From Saccostrea cucullata (Eukaryota), in NCBI RefSeq assembly GCF_032062105.1, contig NW_026935419.1, positions 372,001 to 436,000 of the forward strand: DNA of 64,000 bases, given 5' to 3'. This document shows, piece by piece, positions 63,485 to 64,000 of the stretch. Below the pieces are notes generated by a model. The model saw only the letters and a program-made list of their open reading frames with translations. It made no database searches and had not been told where the DNA came from. The first letter of the stretch is position 1. Each line of letters starts with the position of its first letter. A program made the translations under genes and the position numbers.

Positions 63485-63487
<3 letters not shown>

Positions 63488-64000
63488 CTAGAGAAATTTG
63501 CAACGTTACATCCCAATGAAATCAATTGTTAAATTCTGAAAATTCGTTTCGTAAATAAAAGTGAAAAGAAAAACAGTCGGTGAAATATATTTGTGTTTGA
63601 TGAGGACCCCTTCACTTCTCTTAAAAAAGAAAATACTTTAAGAAATCATATATATCTACGATGTTCACAGGCATGCAAAATACACAGTTTTCGTAAGAAC
63701 ATAAGGCCACAGTAAATTAATTATCCGTTTAACGTCCCCGGGTGAGTTGCTTTTTCATGAAATTCTAGCAAGAAAAAAGATAAGATACGGGTTTGTCATA
63801 TTTTTAACAATTTCCTCCAGTATTTTGCAATCTAATTGAGTATCTTGCGAACATGTTGCAATCCATAATATTTTAAGGATACATTTAGTATTCTTTACAT
63901 CTTTTTGAAATATTTTTTCAATTTAATTGTATCAAATATTTCATTCATTTCTTAATCTTTGAGAGATGAAAAAAAAAATAATAAAAAATCTATTTGAATC

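Overview
Eukaryotic, AT-rich, repeat-dense animal genomic DNA. The repeat families (Helentron-type elements with internal satellites, a tRNA-derived SINE, an RTE-X/CR1-type LINE) suggest a bivalve, probably an oyster (inference). Four spliced genes were reconstructed by hand from GT-AG junctions: (1) a minus-strand F-box gene (ATG 21438, at least 10 coding exons, probably continuing left of the window); (2) head-to-head with it, a complete 7-exon CDKN3 (22744-27409, 226 aa) with an E2F+CHR motif just upstream; (3) a 2-exon PET117 (45905-47486, 60 aa); (4) a diverged 2-exon PET117-like gene (53785-54961, 86 aa). The most unusual structure is a 1873-bp tandem triplication (40339-45964). It joins the PET117 upstream region and first 20 codons to the 3' end of a dead LINE, giving two potential chimeric units: a 22-aa uORF, then a 195-aa LINE zinc-knuckle ORF, then the LINE polyA signal. 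The LINE sits in the TIR of a MITE with a 20-bp TSD. The rest is nested non-autonomous transposons, plus a long-range inverted repeat linking positions 1-340 with 9010-9460. All coordinates were counted by eye, no database search was run, and TE family names are inferred from termini and TSDs.
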